The position numbers and the translations under genes are program-made. Of a DNA stretch of 64,000 nucleotides, positions 8,889-22,377 are shown one piece after another. The number at the start of each line of letters is the position of its first letter. Positions within the stretch are counted from its first letter, which is position 1. A model generated the notes under the pieces. It saw only the letters and a program-made list of their open reading frames with translations. It did not search any database and was not told the DNA's origin. This stretch comes from Bacteroidota bacterium (GTDB taxonomy: Bacteria > Bacteroidota > Rhodothermia > Rhodothermales > JBCCMF01): the NCBI GenBank assembly GCA_038747545.1, contig JBCDJT010000004.1, positions 810 through 64,809 on the forward strand. The letters run 5' to 3'.

Positions 8889-10194
8889 TCACTTTGGGGA
8901 TGAAGCGCCCGGTGGTGCGCGCGTCTTCGATGCAGTAGGTGGCGGCCACGCGTTGCACGTCGGCGGGCGTGACGCGGTCAATGCGCTCGCGGTACTTCGC
9001 GTACAGCCGCCAGTCCCCCGCCGCAATCGCTTCGTTGAGTTGCGAGGCGATCTGGTATGAGCCATCGCGACCGAATGCCTCTTCCGCTTTGAGGCCGTTC
9101 TTGGCACGCGCCACTTCGGCTTCCGTCGGCCCATCAGTCGCAAGGCGTTGGAGCTCGCCGAGGATGACCTGCTCCACTTCGTCGTGCGTGGTGCCAGGCG
9201 TTAGCATCGCGAAGACGTACACCAGACCGGGATCGCGGAGGCGCGAGGCGTCGCCGAAGAGCGCGGCGACTTTGCCCTGCGCCGTGAGGCTACGGTAGAG
9301 GCGGCTGGACTTGCCTTCGGTGAGGATGGTCGTCAGCACATCCAGCGCGTCGGTGTCCAGCGAGAAGGCATCAGGCGATTTGAAGGCGATCATCAACGAG
9401 CCCAGCTGCCCGGCGCGGCGGATGGTCACGCGGCGCTCGCCCTGCTGGAGCGGCTCCTGCGTTGTCACCTCGGGCCACGCCTCGGGCGCCATCGGTATCG
9501 CGCCGAAGTATTTGTGGATGGCATCCAGCGTCGCCTCCACCTCAAACTGTCCAATCACCGACAGCGTGGCGTTGTTGGGCCAGTAGTAGGTGTCGTAAAA
9601 GTGCCGCAGCCCCTCCGGCGTCACGGTCTCGATGTCCGAGCGCCAGCCGATGGTCGGGTGGTGGTACGGATGCGCCTGATACGCCGCAGCCCAGACGGCG
9701 TGGTAAAGCGCCTGAAGCGGTTCGTTCTCGCCGCGGTCGAACTCGTTGAGGATGACCGTCCGCTCGCTCGCCATGTCATCGGGGTCGAGCAAGACACCGC
9801 GCATGCGGTCGGCTTCGATCTGGAGCGCGAGGTCTAGGTGCTCGCTGGGCAGCAGTTCGAAATAGTTGGTCCGGTCCAGCCACGTCGTGGCGTTCACCTG
9901 CGCCCCTACACGTTGCAGCGTGTTGAAGATGGACGTCCCGTGCTTCTTGTGGAAGCGCTCGGTGCCCTTGAACATCATGTGTTCGAGGAAGTGCGTCGCG
10001 CCCGTGTGGCCGAGCGCTTCGTTGCGGCTTCCTACGCGATACGTGATCATGACGGTGGCAACGGGCGCCGCCGCCTCGGGCAGCAGCAAGACCTGCAAGC
10101 CGTTCGATTTGTGGCGCAGCGCCGTGATGCCCGCTACCGTGTCCTCGATGTCGAAGAACGGATGGGCGTCCGTCGCCGCTTCAATGGTTTCCAT
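8872..10194 (-). CDS. M16 family zinc peptidase, catalytic-type subunit
   Basis: 440 aa. Carries the HxxEH zinc motif in GATHFLEHMMFKGT. Confidence 0.88.
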   Translation of the reverse strand: METIEAATDAHPFFDIEDTVAGITALRHKSNGLQVLLLPEAAAPVATVMITYRVGSRNEALGHTGATHFLEHMMFKGTERFHKKHGTSIFNTLQRVGAQVNATTWLDRTNYFELLPSEHLDLALQIEADRMRGVLLDPDDMASERTVILNEFDRGENEPLQALYHAVWAAAYQAHPYHHPTIGWRSDIETVTPEGLRHFYDTYYWPNNATLSVIGQFEVEATLDAIHKYFGAIPMAPEAWPEVTTQEPLQQGERRVTIRRAGQLGSLMIAFKSPDAFSLDTDALDVLTTILTEGKSSRLYRSLTAQGKVAALFGDASRLRDPGLVYVFAMLTPGTTHDEVEQVILGELQRLATDGPTEAEVARAKNGLKAEEAFGRDGSYQIASQLNEAIAAGDWRLYAKYRERIDRVTPADVQRVAATYCIEDARTTGRFIPKVNGYDE

Positions 10195-10253
10195 GCGTTG
10201 TACAGTCTGCGTGTTATTTCAGCGTTCAACCCTTGCGAGCCGGTGAAGCTCCA

Positions 10254-13200
10254 TCAATGCGCGTCGAGCCAGTTGTCGGCGATGCCGACGTCTACGACGA
10301 CGGGTACTTCGCCGAGGGGCTGGGCGAGGGCCATCTCGTCTTTGATGAGCGCGGTGGCGCGGTCGATCTCGCTCTCGTGGTCGCCAGAGCCATCGGGTAC
10401 CTCGAAGACGAGCTCGTCGTGGACCTGCAGGATCATGCGCGTCTGCAGGTTTTCCTCTTTCAAGCGACGGTGGATGCTGACCATTGCTATCTTAATCATG
10501 TCGGCCTGCGTGCCCTGGATGGGCATGTTGACGGCCACGCGCTCGGCAAACGAGCGGTCGCGGAAGTCGCGGCTGGTGATCTGCGGTAGGTAACGGCGGC
10601 GGCCACGCAGCGTCTCGGCGTATCCGTTATCACGCGCCTTCTCAATGAGCTCGTTCAGGTACTCGACCACGCGCGGGTAGCTGCGGTTGTACTGCTCGAT
10701 GAGCGGCTGCGCCTCACCGACGGTGATGTGCATGCGCCGCGCCAAGCCGAAGGCCGAGACGCCGTACGGAATGCCGTAGTTGACCTGCTTCACCTGGCTG
10801 CGCTGGATGCGCGTCACGTCCTCCAGCGGCACGTCGAAGACGCGGGCCGCCGTGGCGGTGTGGATGTCGAGGCCTTGCTCGAACGCCTCGATCAGTCCCT
10901 TGTCGCCGGAGAGGTGGGCGAGGATGCGAAGCTCGATCTGGGCATAGTCGGCGGCGAGGAGTTTGTAGCCCGGCTCGGCGACGAACGCGCGGCGGATCTC
11001 GCGGCCTTGCTCGGTGCGGACGGGAATATTCTGAAGGTTCGGGTTCGACGAGGACAGTCGTCCCGTAGCGGTGACGGTCTGATTGAAGTCGGTGTGGATG
11101 CGGCCCGTCATAGGATTGATGAGTTCGGGCAGCTTGTCCACGTACGTGTTCTTGAGCTTCGAAAGCTTGCGCCAGTCGAGCGCGAGGCGCGGCACGGTGC
11201 TGTCGGTCTCGGTAGTCAGCGTTTCGAGGATGTCTTCCGACGTCTTGAACTGCCCCGACGCGGTCTTGCCCTTGTCGTCGAGGCCGAGGCCAAACGTGGG
11301 CTCCTCGGCGGCGAGTTGCTTCTTCGTCTTCCCTGCCGCCTTCGGGTCACGCATCTCTTCAGCCCACACCTTGGCCTGCTCGCGCTGCGCGTCGTCCGGC
11401 ACGTCGCCGAAGAGCGCCTGACCGAGCTGCTTCGGACTGCCCACGTTGAACGGGCGGCCGACGGCATCGTAGATTGCCTGCTCAATGCGCTCCATCTCGG
11501 TGCCGAGTTGGTCGGAGATAGGTTCCAGCACGCTGGCATCGACGCGCACGCCGAGGCGCTCCATATCGACCAGCACGCGGATCAGCGGAAACTCGATCTC
11601 CTCGGCAATGGCGAGCAGGCCGTCTTCCTCCAGCTTGGCCTTCAGCACATCCATCAGCCGCAGCGTGATGTCGGCGTCCTCACAGGCGTAGGGTCCCACG
11701 TCGGCGATGGGCACGTCGCGCATCGATTTGGCATTCTTGCCGGTGCCGATGAGCGCCGTGATGGGCTGCGGACGGTAGCTCAGGTAGAAGCTCGACACGT
11801 CATCCATCTTGTGGCTCGCCTCGGGCTCGATCAGGTAGTGCGCTACCATCGTGTCGAACAGTGGCCCCCGCACCTCAAGCCCGTGCGACGCCAGCACGGC
11901 GAGGTCGAACTTGAGGTTGTGCCCGATCTTCAGCGCGTCGTTCTCGAGTGACGGCCGAAGCTTGTCCAGCAAATCGGCGGTCTGCGTGCCATCCGGCAGC
12001 GGCGTCGGTACATAGTGGGCCGTCCGCGCCTCTGCCGACACGGAGACGCCAACCAGCCCCGTGGTGATCGGGTCGAGGCTGTCGGTCTCTGTGTCGAAGG
12101 CGAAGCGCTCGGCCTGGGCGATGTGGGCGTGCGCGGCCTCCACCTGCTTGTGGTTGAGCGCCGTGTGGTAGTCTACCTTGTCCTCATCCATCGCCTTGAC
12201 GGGCTCGTACGGGCCGAAGTCGAACTCCAGCGCGGGGTCGTCCTCCGGTAGCGTCGTCGTGGCCGTCGTTTTCTTCGGCCGCTCCTTGCCGTCGTGGTAG
12301 TTCTTGATGCGCGTGCGCAGCCGCTTGCCGAACTCCAGCTCGTCGAACAGGTCTTCCAGGCGATCCATGTGCGGATCGGTGCGGCGCAGGCGGTGCCAGT
12401 CCACGTTCTGCCCGTGCTCCTCGAAGTCGATGTCGGTGAGGATGGTGACGAGCTGCTTGCTCAGCATCGCCTCGTCGCGGTGGTTAAGCAGCCCCTCGCG
12501 GACGCGCTTGCCCTTGATCTCCTCCGCGTGATCCAGCAGGTTCTCTACGCTGCCGTATTGCGCCACGAGCTTCGGTGCTGTCTTCTTGCCGATGCCGCGC
12601 ACACCCGGCACGTTGTCGGCCGCGTCGCCGAGGAGCGCCAGGATGTCGATGAACTTGATGGGCTCTACGCCATAACTCTCTCGGAAGCTGTCAGCCGTCT
12701 CCAGGTCGAACTCCTCGCCCTTGTACGCTGGTCGCATCATCGAGATGGCGCCATGCTCGCCATCGGCCGAGCGATCGTCTTGCAGCAGCTGCCGGAAGTC
12801 TTTGTCGGGCGAGATAATCACCACGTCCACGCCGTCCTGCGACGCCTGCTTGGCCAACGTCCCGATCACGTCATCGGCCTCCACCCCCGGCACTTCGAGC
12901 ACGGGAATGTCGAACGCTTCCACAACCTGCTTGATGTACGGGATGCCACCGCGCAGCCCTTCCGGCATCGGCGGACGGTGCGCTTTGTATTCGGCGTACA
13001 GCTCGTCGCGGAAGTTGGGCGGCCCATCCAGCGCGTCGAAGACAACGGCGATATGCTCGGGCTTCTCGTCCTCCAACAGCTTCAGCAGGCTCGACGTGAA
13101 GCCGTACACCGCCGACGTGTCTTGCCCTTTCGAGTTGATGAGCGGGCGGTTGATGAAGGCGAAGTGGGCGCGGTAGGCCAGCGCCAGAGCGTCGGCGAGG

Positions 13201-13271
13201 TACAGGCGTTCGGTGGAATCGGGCGCGTCGTGGTCGTCCCACGCCTCGTTCAGTACGTCAAAAAGATCCAT
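10254..13271 (-). CDS. polA: DNA polymerase I
   Basis: 1005 aa. 5' nuclease region (LYLADALALAYRAHFA, GVEADDVIGTLA), 3'-5' exo region (FAFDTETDSLD) and polymerase motifs (LLAADYAQIELRILAH, QVHDELVFE). Confidence 0.97.
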   Translation of the reverse strand: MDLFDVLNEAWDDHDAPDSTERLYLADALALAYRAHFAFINRPLINSKGQDTSAVYGFTSSLLKLLEDEKPEHIAVVFDALDGPPNFRDELYAEYKAHRPPMPEGLRGGIPYIKQVVEAFDIPVLEVPGVEADDVIGTLAKQASQDGVDVVIISPDKDFRQLLQDDRSADGEHGAISMMRPAYKGEEFDLETADSFRESYGVEPIKFIDILALLGDAADNVPGVRGIGKKTAPKLVAQYGSVENLLDHAEEIKGKRVREGLLNHRDEAMLSKQLVTILTDIDFEEHGQNVDWHRLRRTDPHMDRLEDLFDELEFGKRLRTRIKNYHDGKERPKKTTATTTLPEDDPALEFDFGPYEPVKAMDEDKVDYHTALNHKQVEAAHAHIAQAERFAFDTETDSLDPITTGLVGVSVSAEARTAHYVPTPLPDGTQTADLLDKLRPSLENDALKIGHNLKFDLAVLASHGLEVRGPLFDTMVAHYLIEPEASHKMDDVSSFYLSYRPQPITALIGTGKNAKSMRDVPIADVGPYACEDADITLRLMDVLKAKLEEDGLLAIAEEIEFPLIRVLVDMERLGVRVDASVLEPISDQLGTEMERIEQAIYDAVGRPFNVGSPKQLGQALFGDVPDDAQREQAKVWAEEMRDPKAAGKTKKQLAAEEPTFGLGLDDKGKTASGQFKTSEDILETLTTETDSTVPRLALDWRKLSKLKNTYVDKLPELINPMTGRIHTDFNQTVTATGRLSSSNPNLQNIPVRTEQGREIRRAFVAEPGYKLLAADYAQIELRILAHLSGDKGLIEAFEQGLDIHTATAARVFDVPLEDVTRIQRSQVKQVNYGIPYGVSAFGLARRMHITVGEAQPLIEQYNRSYPRVVEYLNELIEKARDNGYAETLRGRRRYLPQITSRDFRDRSFAERVAVNMPIQGTQADMIKIAMVSIHRRLKEENLQTRMILQVHDELVFEVPDGSGDHESEIDRATALIKDEMALAQPLGEVPVVVDVGIADNWLDAH

Positions 13272-13351
13272 GCAGGGGTCGGCAAACCATTCGAGAAAGC
13301 AGCTTCCTCATCAACGGACGGCGCTCCCGAACGTTCGTCATGTTGCTGTCC

Positions 13352-17056
<3,705 letters not shown>

Positions 17057-17074
17057 CGGTGGGAGCGGTGTACC

Positions 17075-17284
17075 TCATTCGCGTTTAATAACGCGACAAA
17101 CGCTTTGAAGTGGGGGGTAAGCCTCATTGTAACGCCACAAGTGGTATTCCCGGCGGATCTCTTCGAGGGCGGCAAGGCGCGCTTCTGGCGGCTGGGCGCG
17201 CCAGTACGCCACATCCTTGGGCTGATCCCCCAGCGTGCTCACGCGGACAACCTTAGCCACGGGCGTGAAGGCATGCTCTTCCAT
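17075..17284 (-). CDS. Small hypothetical protein embedded between ahcY and metH
   Basis: 69 aa from MEEHAFTPVAKVVRVSTLGDQPKDVAYWRAQPPEARLAALEEIRREYHLWRY.... The track ORF extends to 17350. Stops 18 nt upstream of the metH start. No family recognised. Confidence 0.5.
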   Translation of the reverse strand: MEEHAFTPVAKVVRVSTLGDQPKDVAYWRAQPPEARLAALEEIRREYHLWRYNEAYPPLQSVCRVIKRE

Positions 17285-17308
17285 TTCCAACCTCCGCGAT
17301 GTACATGC

Positions 17309-17340
17309 AAGGGCGACCCAGTCACTGCCGGATCGCCCTT
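17309..17340 (-). terminator. Stem-loop downstream of ahcY (8-bp stem AAGGGCGA / TCGCCCTT, 16-nt loop)
   Basis: Perfect inverted repeat read directly from the sequence. No U-tract, so the function (terminator, attenuator or processing site) is uncertain. If the small ORF starts at 17350, the stem-loop lies inside it. Confidence 0.25.
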
Positions 17341-17369
17341 GATGTTCCAAATCAGCTATGGATGGCGGA

Positions 17370-18665
17370 TCAGGTGCCGGCCGAGTAGTCGGTGGCGTAG
17401 GCGACCTGCTCGCTGCTGAGCGTGTCGATCTTGAGGCCCATCGTCTCCAGCTTCACGCGGGCGATCTGCTGGTCCAGCTCTTCGGGCAGATCGAGCACCA
17501 CGCCCGGCATGTCTTCGCCCGCCTCGTGCGACTGGATCAGCGCCAGGTGCGCCTGGAACTGGTTGGCGAAGCTCATGTCCATCACCTCGCTCGGGTGCCC
17601 TTCGGCGGCGGCCAGGTTCACCAGACGGCCGTCGGCCAGGACGTAGATCTTCTTGCCGTTCTCCATCGTGTACTCGCGGTTGTCGTCGCGGATCATGCGC
17701 GTGTCGATGGACACCTCGGCGAGCTCCTTGAGGTTGAGCTCTACATCATAGTGGCCTGTGTTGGACACGATGGCGCCTTCCTTCATGGAAAGGAAGTGCT
17801 CGCCGCGGATGATGTCCTTCATACCCGTGGCCGTCACGAAGATGTCGCCCACCTTGGCGGCTTCGGCCATCGTCATCACGCGCATGCCGTCCAGCGTCGC
17901 CTTGAGCGCGGCGGTGGCCTTGACCTCGGTGACGATCACGTTGGCGCCCATGCCTTTGGCGCGCATCGCCACACCCCGGCCACAGTGGCCGTAGCCCGCC
18001 ACGACGAAGTTCTTGCCCGCCACTAGCACCGACGAGGCGCGGAGGATGCCGTCGATGGTGCTCTGGCCCGTGCCGTACACGTTGTCGAAGTCCCACTTCG
18101 TCTCGGCGTCGTTGACGGCGTAGACGGGGTAGCCCAGCTTGCCGTCTTCGGCCATCGCGCGCAGGCGGTGGACGCCCGTGGTCGTCTCTTCCGAGCCGCC
18201 GATGATGCCCTCCAGCTTCTCGGGATGGGCGCTGTGGACGCGGAAGATGAGGTCGGCGCCGTCGTCGAGCGTCGTATGCGGCGTCTTGTCGATCGTGCGG
18301 TCGATGCACCAGTAGAATTCCTCGGTGTTCTGGCCGTACCAGGCGTAGATCTCCACGCCGTCGCCATCGCCGTCGGGTCCTAGGGCGAGCGCGGCGGAGA
18401 CTTCGTCGTTAGTCGAGAGCGGGTTGCAACCGCTCCAGGCCACTTCGGCACCGCATGCCTTGAGCGTCTCGATGAGCACGGCGGTCTCCTTCGTCACGTG
18501 CAGGCAGCCCGTGATCTTGTAGCCTTTGAACGGCTTGGTCTGGCTGTACTCCTCGCGCAGCTTCATCAGCACCGGCATGCGGCTCTCGGCCCACTCGATG
18601 CGCTTGCGCCCGGCCGCAGCCAGGCTCAGGTCTTTAACCTTGTACTTTCCTTCCTTGTGATCCAT
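17370..18665 (-). CDS. ahcY: Adenosylhomocysteinase
   Basis: 431 aa. Reads MDHKEGKYKVKDLSLAAAGRKRIEWAE... with the NAD site VVAGYGHCGRGVA. Confidence 0.97.
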   Translation of the reverse strand: MDHKEGKYKVKDLSLAAAGRKRIEWAESRMPVLMKLREEYSQTKPFKGYKITGCLHVTKETAVLIETLKACGAEVAWSGCNPLSTNDEVSAALALGPDGDGDGVEIYAWYGQNTEEFYWCIDRTIDKTPHTTLDDGADLIFRVHSAHPEKLEGIIGGSEETTTGVHRLRAMAEDGKLGYPVYAVNDAETKWDFDNVYGTGQSTIDGILRASSVLVAGKNFVVAGYGHCGRGVAMRAKGMGANVIVTEVKATAALKATLDGMRVMTMAEAAKVGDIFVTATGMKDIIRGEHFLSMKEGAIVSNTGHYDVELNLKELAEVSIDTRMIRDDNREYTMENGKKIYVLADGRLVNLAAAEGHPSEVMDMSFANQFQAHLALIQSHEAGEDMPGVVLDLPEELDQQIARVKLETMGLKIDTLSSEQVAYATDYSAGT

Positions 18666-18727
18666 GATGGGTCGAAACGTTCAAATGAGTGAATGCAAAA
18701 CGGACGAGGAGGGCCGCGAGGGGTCGG

Positions 18728-19906
18728 TTAGGCGGCTTGCAGTGATGCCGCTTTGGCCTTCAGTTGGTCTACGTAGTCGAGGCGTTCCCAGGCGAACTCG
18801 GGGCGTCCAAAGTGACCGTACGCTGCTGTCGGGCGGTAGCCCGGCGCGAGCAGGTCGAAGCGATCGATAATCGCCGCCGGGCGCAGATCGAAAACATCGG
18901 CCACGAGCGCGGTTAACTCGGCATCGGTGAAGCCGTTCGCCGTGCCGTAGGTGTCCACGTCGATGGAGACGGGCGCGGCCACGCCGATGGCGTAGGCCAC
19001 CTGCACCAACGCGCGCTCGCACAGCCCAGCGCCGACGAGGTTCTTGGCGACGTGGCGCGTGGCATACGCAGCCGAGCGGTCCACCTTCGACGGGTCTTTG
19101 CCGCTGAAGGCGCCGCCGCCGTGAGCCCCCCATCCGCCGTAGGTATCCACGATGATCTTGCGTCCCGTCAGTCCTGCGTCGCCGTGCGGCCCGCCGATGA
19201 CGAACTTGCCCGTCGGGTTGACGTGCAGGATGAGGTCGTCGTCCAGCAGAGCGGCAGGGATGACGCGCGGCAGCAAGTGGGCGCGGACGTCGGCCTCGAT
19301 CTGCTCGCGCTCCGTGTCGGCGTCGTGCTGCGTGGAGACCACGATGGTGTGGACGCGGAGCGGCGTGGTGCGGTCGTCGGCGTACTCGATGGTGACCTGG
19401 CTCTTGGAGTCGGGGCGCAGGTAGGGCATCAGTTCCGTGTTTTTGCGGATGGCCGCCAGTTCGCGGACGAGGCCGTGGGCGAACGTGAGCGACATCGGCA
19501 TCAGGTGCTCGGTCTCGCTCGTCGCGTAGCCGAACATCATGCCTTGGTCACCTGCGCCCTGTTCTGCGTGCAAGCCTTCGCCCGCCGTCACGCCCTGGGC
19601 GATGTCGGGACTCTGCTGGTGGATGGCCGAGAGCACGCCACACGACTCGGCGTCGAAGCGCAGGCGGGGATCGGTGTAGCCGATCTCGCGGATGACGTCG
19701 CGGGCGATCTCCTGCACGTCCACGTAGGCTTTGGTCGTCACTTCGCCAGAGAGCACGACGAGGCCCGTCGTCACCAACGTCTCGACGGCCACACGGCTCT
19801 TGGGATCTTGCTCCAGCAGTGCGTCGAGGACGGCATCGGAGATTTGATCAGCCACTTTGTCGGGGTGGCCTTCGGAGACAGACTCGGAGGTAAAGAGATA
19901 CGCCAT
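18728..19906 (-). CDS. metK: S-adenosylmethionine synthetase
   Basis: 392 aa. Reads [29 protein letters not shown]..., plus [12 protein letters not shown] and [16 protein letters not shown]. Confidence 0.98.
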   Translation of the reverse strand: MAYLFTSESVSEGHPDKVADQISDAVLDALLEQDPKSRVAVETLVTTGLVVLSGEVTTKAYVDVQEIARDVIREIGYTDPRLRFDAESCGVLSAIHQQSPDIAQGVTAGEGLHAEQGAGDQGMMFGYATSETEHLMPMSLTFAHGLVRELAAIRKNTELMPYLRPDSKSQVTIEYADDRTTPLRVHTIVVSTQHDADTEREQIEADVRAHLLPRVIPAALLDDDLILHVNPTGKFVIGGPHGDAGLTGRKIIVDTYGGWGAHGGGAFSGKDPSKVDRSAAYATRHVAKNLVGAGLCERALVQVAYAIGVAAPVSIDVDTYGTANGFTDAELTALVADVFDLRPAAIIDRFDLLAPGYRPTAAYGHFGRPEFAWERLDYVDQLKAKAASLQAA

Positions 19907-20088
19907 AACAGATCAATCTATGTCAACGAGGAGGTGGAACTCGGCTCAGTCCTTTCGATTAGTCGCCACCGCCCGTGCAGGTGCAGCTTGCGTTTCGGAG
20001 CCCACCAACCGCCCCTCCGGTTGGTTTGTTGCTCGCTGCGTGGCACAAGCGCAACATTGCCCCGCTCTTGGACAAAAACTCATCGCCC
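19907..20088 (-). promoter_or_regulatory. 182-nt divergent metK/metF control region with a structured metK leader (candidate SAM/SAH-responsive element; class not identified)
   Basis: On the metK strand there is a hairpin CCAACCG-GAGGGG-CGGUUGG (20005..20024). GGUGG...CCACC encloses CGACUAAUCG and GGACUGAGCCGAGUUCC (19933..19970). GGCUC/GAGCC and GGAGG/CCUCC give long-range complementarity. I could not match it to a known riboswitch consensus by eye. Confidence 0.3.
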
Positions 20089-21048
20089 ATGCGCATCACC
20101 GACCTGCTAGACACCGACGCTGGCGCCCCTTCGATCTCTTATGAGTTGATCCCCCCGAAGCGTGGCGGCTCGGTGCGGGAGGTACTGGCTGTCATCGAAG
20201 ACCTGATGCCGTTTGACCCCGCCTTTATCGACGTCACCAGCCACTCGGCACAAGCCTACTATGAAGAGATGGCCGACGGCACGTGGCGCCGCCGCGTGAA
20301 GCGCAAGCGTCCAGGCACGCTGGGCATGTGCGCCGCCATCCAAAGCCGGTTCAACATCCCGACGGTGCCGCACTTGCTCTGCCTAGGCTTCACACGCGAG
20401 GAAACCGAAGATGCCCTCATCGAACTGAACTACCTCGGCATCGAGAACGTGATGGCGCTGCGCGGCGACGACCACGGCTACCAGAAGGCCGTCCCACGCG
20501 ACCGCTCGCGCAACCGCTACGCCTGCGACCTCGTGGAGCAGATCACGGCGATGAACCAAGGGCAGTTCCTAGAGGAACTGATCGACGCCGTCCCCACCAA
20601 CTTCTGCGTGGGCGTGGCGGGCTACCCCGAGAAGCATTTCGAGGCGCCCAACCTGACGTGGGACATCCTAAACGTGAAGCGCAAAGTGGATGCTGGCGCA
20701 TGCTACATCGTCACGCAGATGTTCTTCGACAACCGCCACTACTTCAACTTCGTGGAGCGCTGCCGCGATGTGGGGATCACCGTGCCCATCATCCCCGGGC
20801 TGAAGGTGCTGACGAGCAAGCGGCAGCTCCGGGCCCTGCCGCAGAAGTTCTTTCTCGAGATCCCCGAGGCGCTGGCCGCAGAGATCGAGGCTGCCGATGA
20901 CGCGCATGTCAAGGAGATAGGCATCGCCTGGGCCATCCGGCAGAGCGAAGAGCTGTTGAGCGCGGGCGTGCCGTACCTGCACTACTACATCATGCAGCGC
21001 AGTGGTATTGTGAAGCCCGTCGTCGAGGCGTTGCGCAAGATGGCGTGA
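20089..21048 (+). CDS. metF: Methylenetetrahydrofolate reductase
   Basis: Starts at MRITDLLDTDAGAPSISYELIPPKRG (ATG at 20089 within track ORF 19975..21048). MTHFR fold pattern throughout. Confidence 0.93.
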   Translation: MRITDLLDTDAGAPSISYELIPPKRGGSVREVLAVIEDLMPFDPAFIDVTSHSAQAYYEEMADGTWRRRVKRKRPGTLGMCAAIQSRFNIPTVPHLLCLGFTREETEDALIELNYLGIENVMALRGDDHGYQKAVPRDRSRNRYACDLVEQITAMNQGQFLEELIDAVPTNFCVGVAGYPEKHFEAPNLTWDILNVKRKVDAGACYIVTQMFFDNRHYFNFVERCRDVGITVPIIPGLKVLTSKRQLRALPQKFFLEIPEALAAEIEAADDAHVKEIGIAWAIRQSEELLSAGVPYLHYYIMQRSGIVKPVVEALRKMA

Positions 21049-21173
21049 CGTGACCGGAAGCGACGAAAGCGTGTACGCCCACGGCGCAGCAGGGCAGGCC
21101 GTGAAACCCACAGGCGTTTTCGCTCATTTGGGTGACTGACCTTCCTGTGCCACTAAGCCTGTGCCTCACGATT

Positions 21174-21530
21174 ATGTCGCTCTTCGAGATCGAGTACAGC
21201 CCTTCCGACCTCCGCCGCGATGCCGAGCGGATCTACGACCATGCCCGGCGTGATGCCGAAGTCGCGGCCCGCCGCGCCTATGATGCCGCCAGTGACCTTG
21301 ATTATCGCTCGTGGCCTGTCATCGCCACGGGCGCCGCGCTCTTGGCAGGCGTTGTGCTTGGCGGTGCGTATGTCTACTGGCGCAGCCAGCAGCAAGCGGC
21401 ATCCCCTACGCACCTGCCGTATGAAGAGTGGACCAAAGACCAGCTGTACGAGCGCGCGCGCCAAGAGCAGATCGAAGGGCGGTCGAGCATGACCAAGATG
21501 CAACTCATCGAAGCCCTGCGCAGCGTTTGA
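21174..21530 (+). CDS. Hypothetical membrane protein with C-terminal Rho-N/HeH-like motif
   Basis: Reads MSLFEIEYSP.... One TM segment (WPVIATGAALLAGVVLGGAYVYW). C-terminus is TKDQLYERARQEQIEGRSSMTKMQLIEALRSV. Confidence 0.55.
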   Translation: MSLFEIEYSPSDLRRDAERIYDHARRDAEVAARRAYDAASDLDYRSWPVIATGAALLAGVVLGGAYVYWRSQQQAASPTHLPYEEWTKDQLYERARQEQIEGRSSMTKMQLIEALRSV

Positions 21531-21572
21531 TCGTAGATTGGCGGCTCGCCTCAGCCACGTCCCGCGCAGCCC

Positions 21573-22253
21573 ATGATTGATCTCCGCAACACGACCGTCC
21601 GCTACGACACGCCGACGGGGCCGCGCACGGTCTTCGAGAACCTCTCGCTCCAGATCAATCGCGGCGAGATGGCCTACCTGATCGGGCCTACGGGCAGCGG
21701 CAAGAGCAGCCTGCTCCGGCTCATCTACATGGACCGGATGCCCGATGCCGGCGTGGTTCGTGTGGGCGACTACCGCTCAGATATGATTGCGCCCAAGCAG
21801 ATCCCGTACCTGCGGCGGTCGCTGGGCATCGTGTTTCAGGACTTCCAGCTGCTGCCCGACCGCAACGTGTACGAGAACGTGGCCTTCGCGCTCTACGCCA
21901 CGGGCAAGAGCGGCACGGCAGTACGGCAGCGTGTGGTGCAGGTGCTCGCTCGCGTGGGGCTGAGCCATAAAACGAAGCAGTACCCGCACGAACTATCCGG
22001 TGGCGAGCAGCAGCGCGTCACCATCGCCCGCGCCATCGCCAACGAGCCGTGGATCCTGCTAGCCGATGAGCCCACGGGCAACCTCGACCCGCGCGTCTCG
22101 GACGAGATCCAGAAGCTGCTCATCGGCCTCAACAAGCAGGGCATGACGGTGTTTATGGTCACGCACGATTACCGCATCGTCCGCGAGTTTCCGGCGCGCA
22201 CGCTGGCGTTTATGAAGGGGCAACTCACCGAGGTGGACCCGCTCTCGCTGTGA
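21573..22253 (+). CDS. ftsE: Cell-division ABC ATPase FtsE
   Basis: 226 aa. Motifs [25 protein letters not shown] and [11 protein letters not shown]. No adjacent ftsX. Confidence 0.85.
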   Translation: MIDLRNTTVRYDTPTGPRTVFENLSLQINRGEMAYLIGPTGSGKSSLLRLIYMDRMPDAGVVRVGDYRSDMIAPKQIPYLRRSLGIVFQDFQLLPDRNVYENVAFALYATGKSGTAVRQRVVQVLARVGLSHKTKQYPHELSGGEQQRVTIARAIANEPWILLADEPTGNLDPRVSDEIQKLLIGLNKQGMTVFMVTHDYRIVREFPARTLAFMKGQLTEVDPLSL

Positions 22254-22377
22254 CGCCAGCGCTGTACCTTCAGTGCCGCACCCGTGGTACAGCGGCACGT
22301 GCGGTAGCATTGCACTTTCTCCTACTGCGCGCTATGCTGTACCCTGAGAATCCTCGCGCCTTACCCGACCTTTGGCT

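Noticed and set aside
19907-20088. Assigning the metK leader to SAM-I, SAM-II or SAH riboswitch classes
   Set aside because: I could not find the conserved cores (GCAACC/AGAUGAG, AAAGCU, GAGGAGCGCUGC) by eye. I keep it only as an unclassified candidate.
22259-22294. Overlapping alternative hairpins after ftsE (GCGCTGTACC/GGTACAGCG and GTGCCGC/GCGGCAC)
   Set aside because: This may be a terminator or attenuator. There is no U-tract and no comparative support, so I do not list it as a feature.
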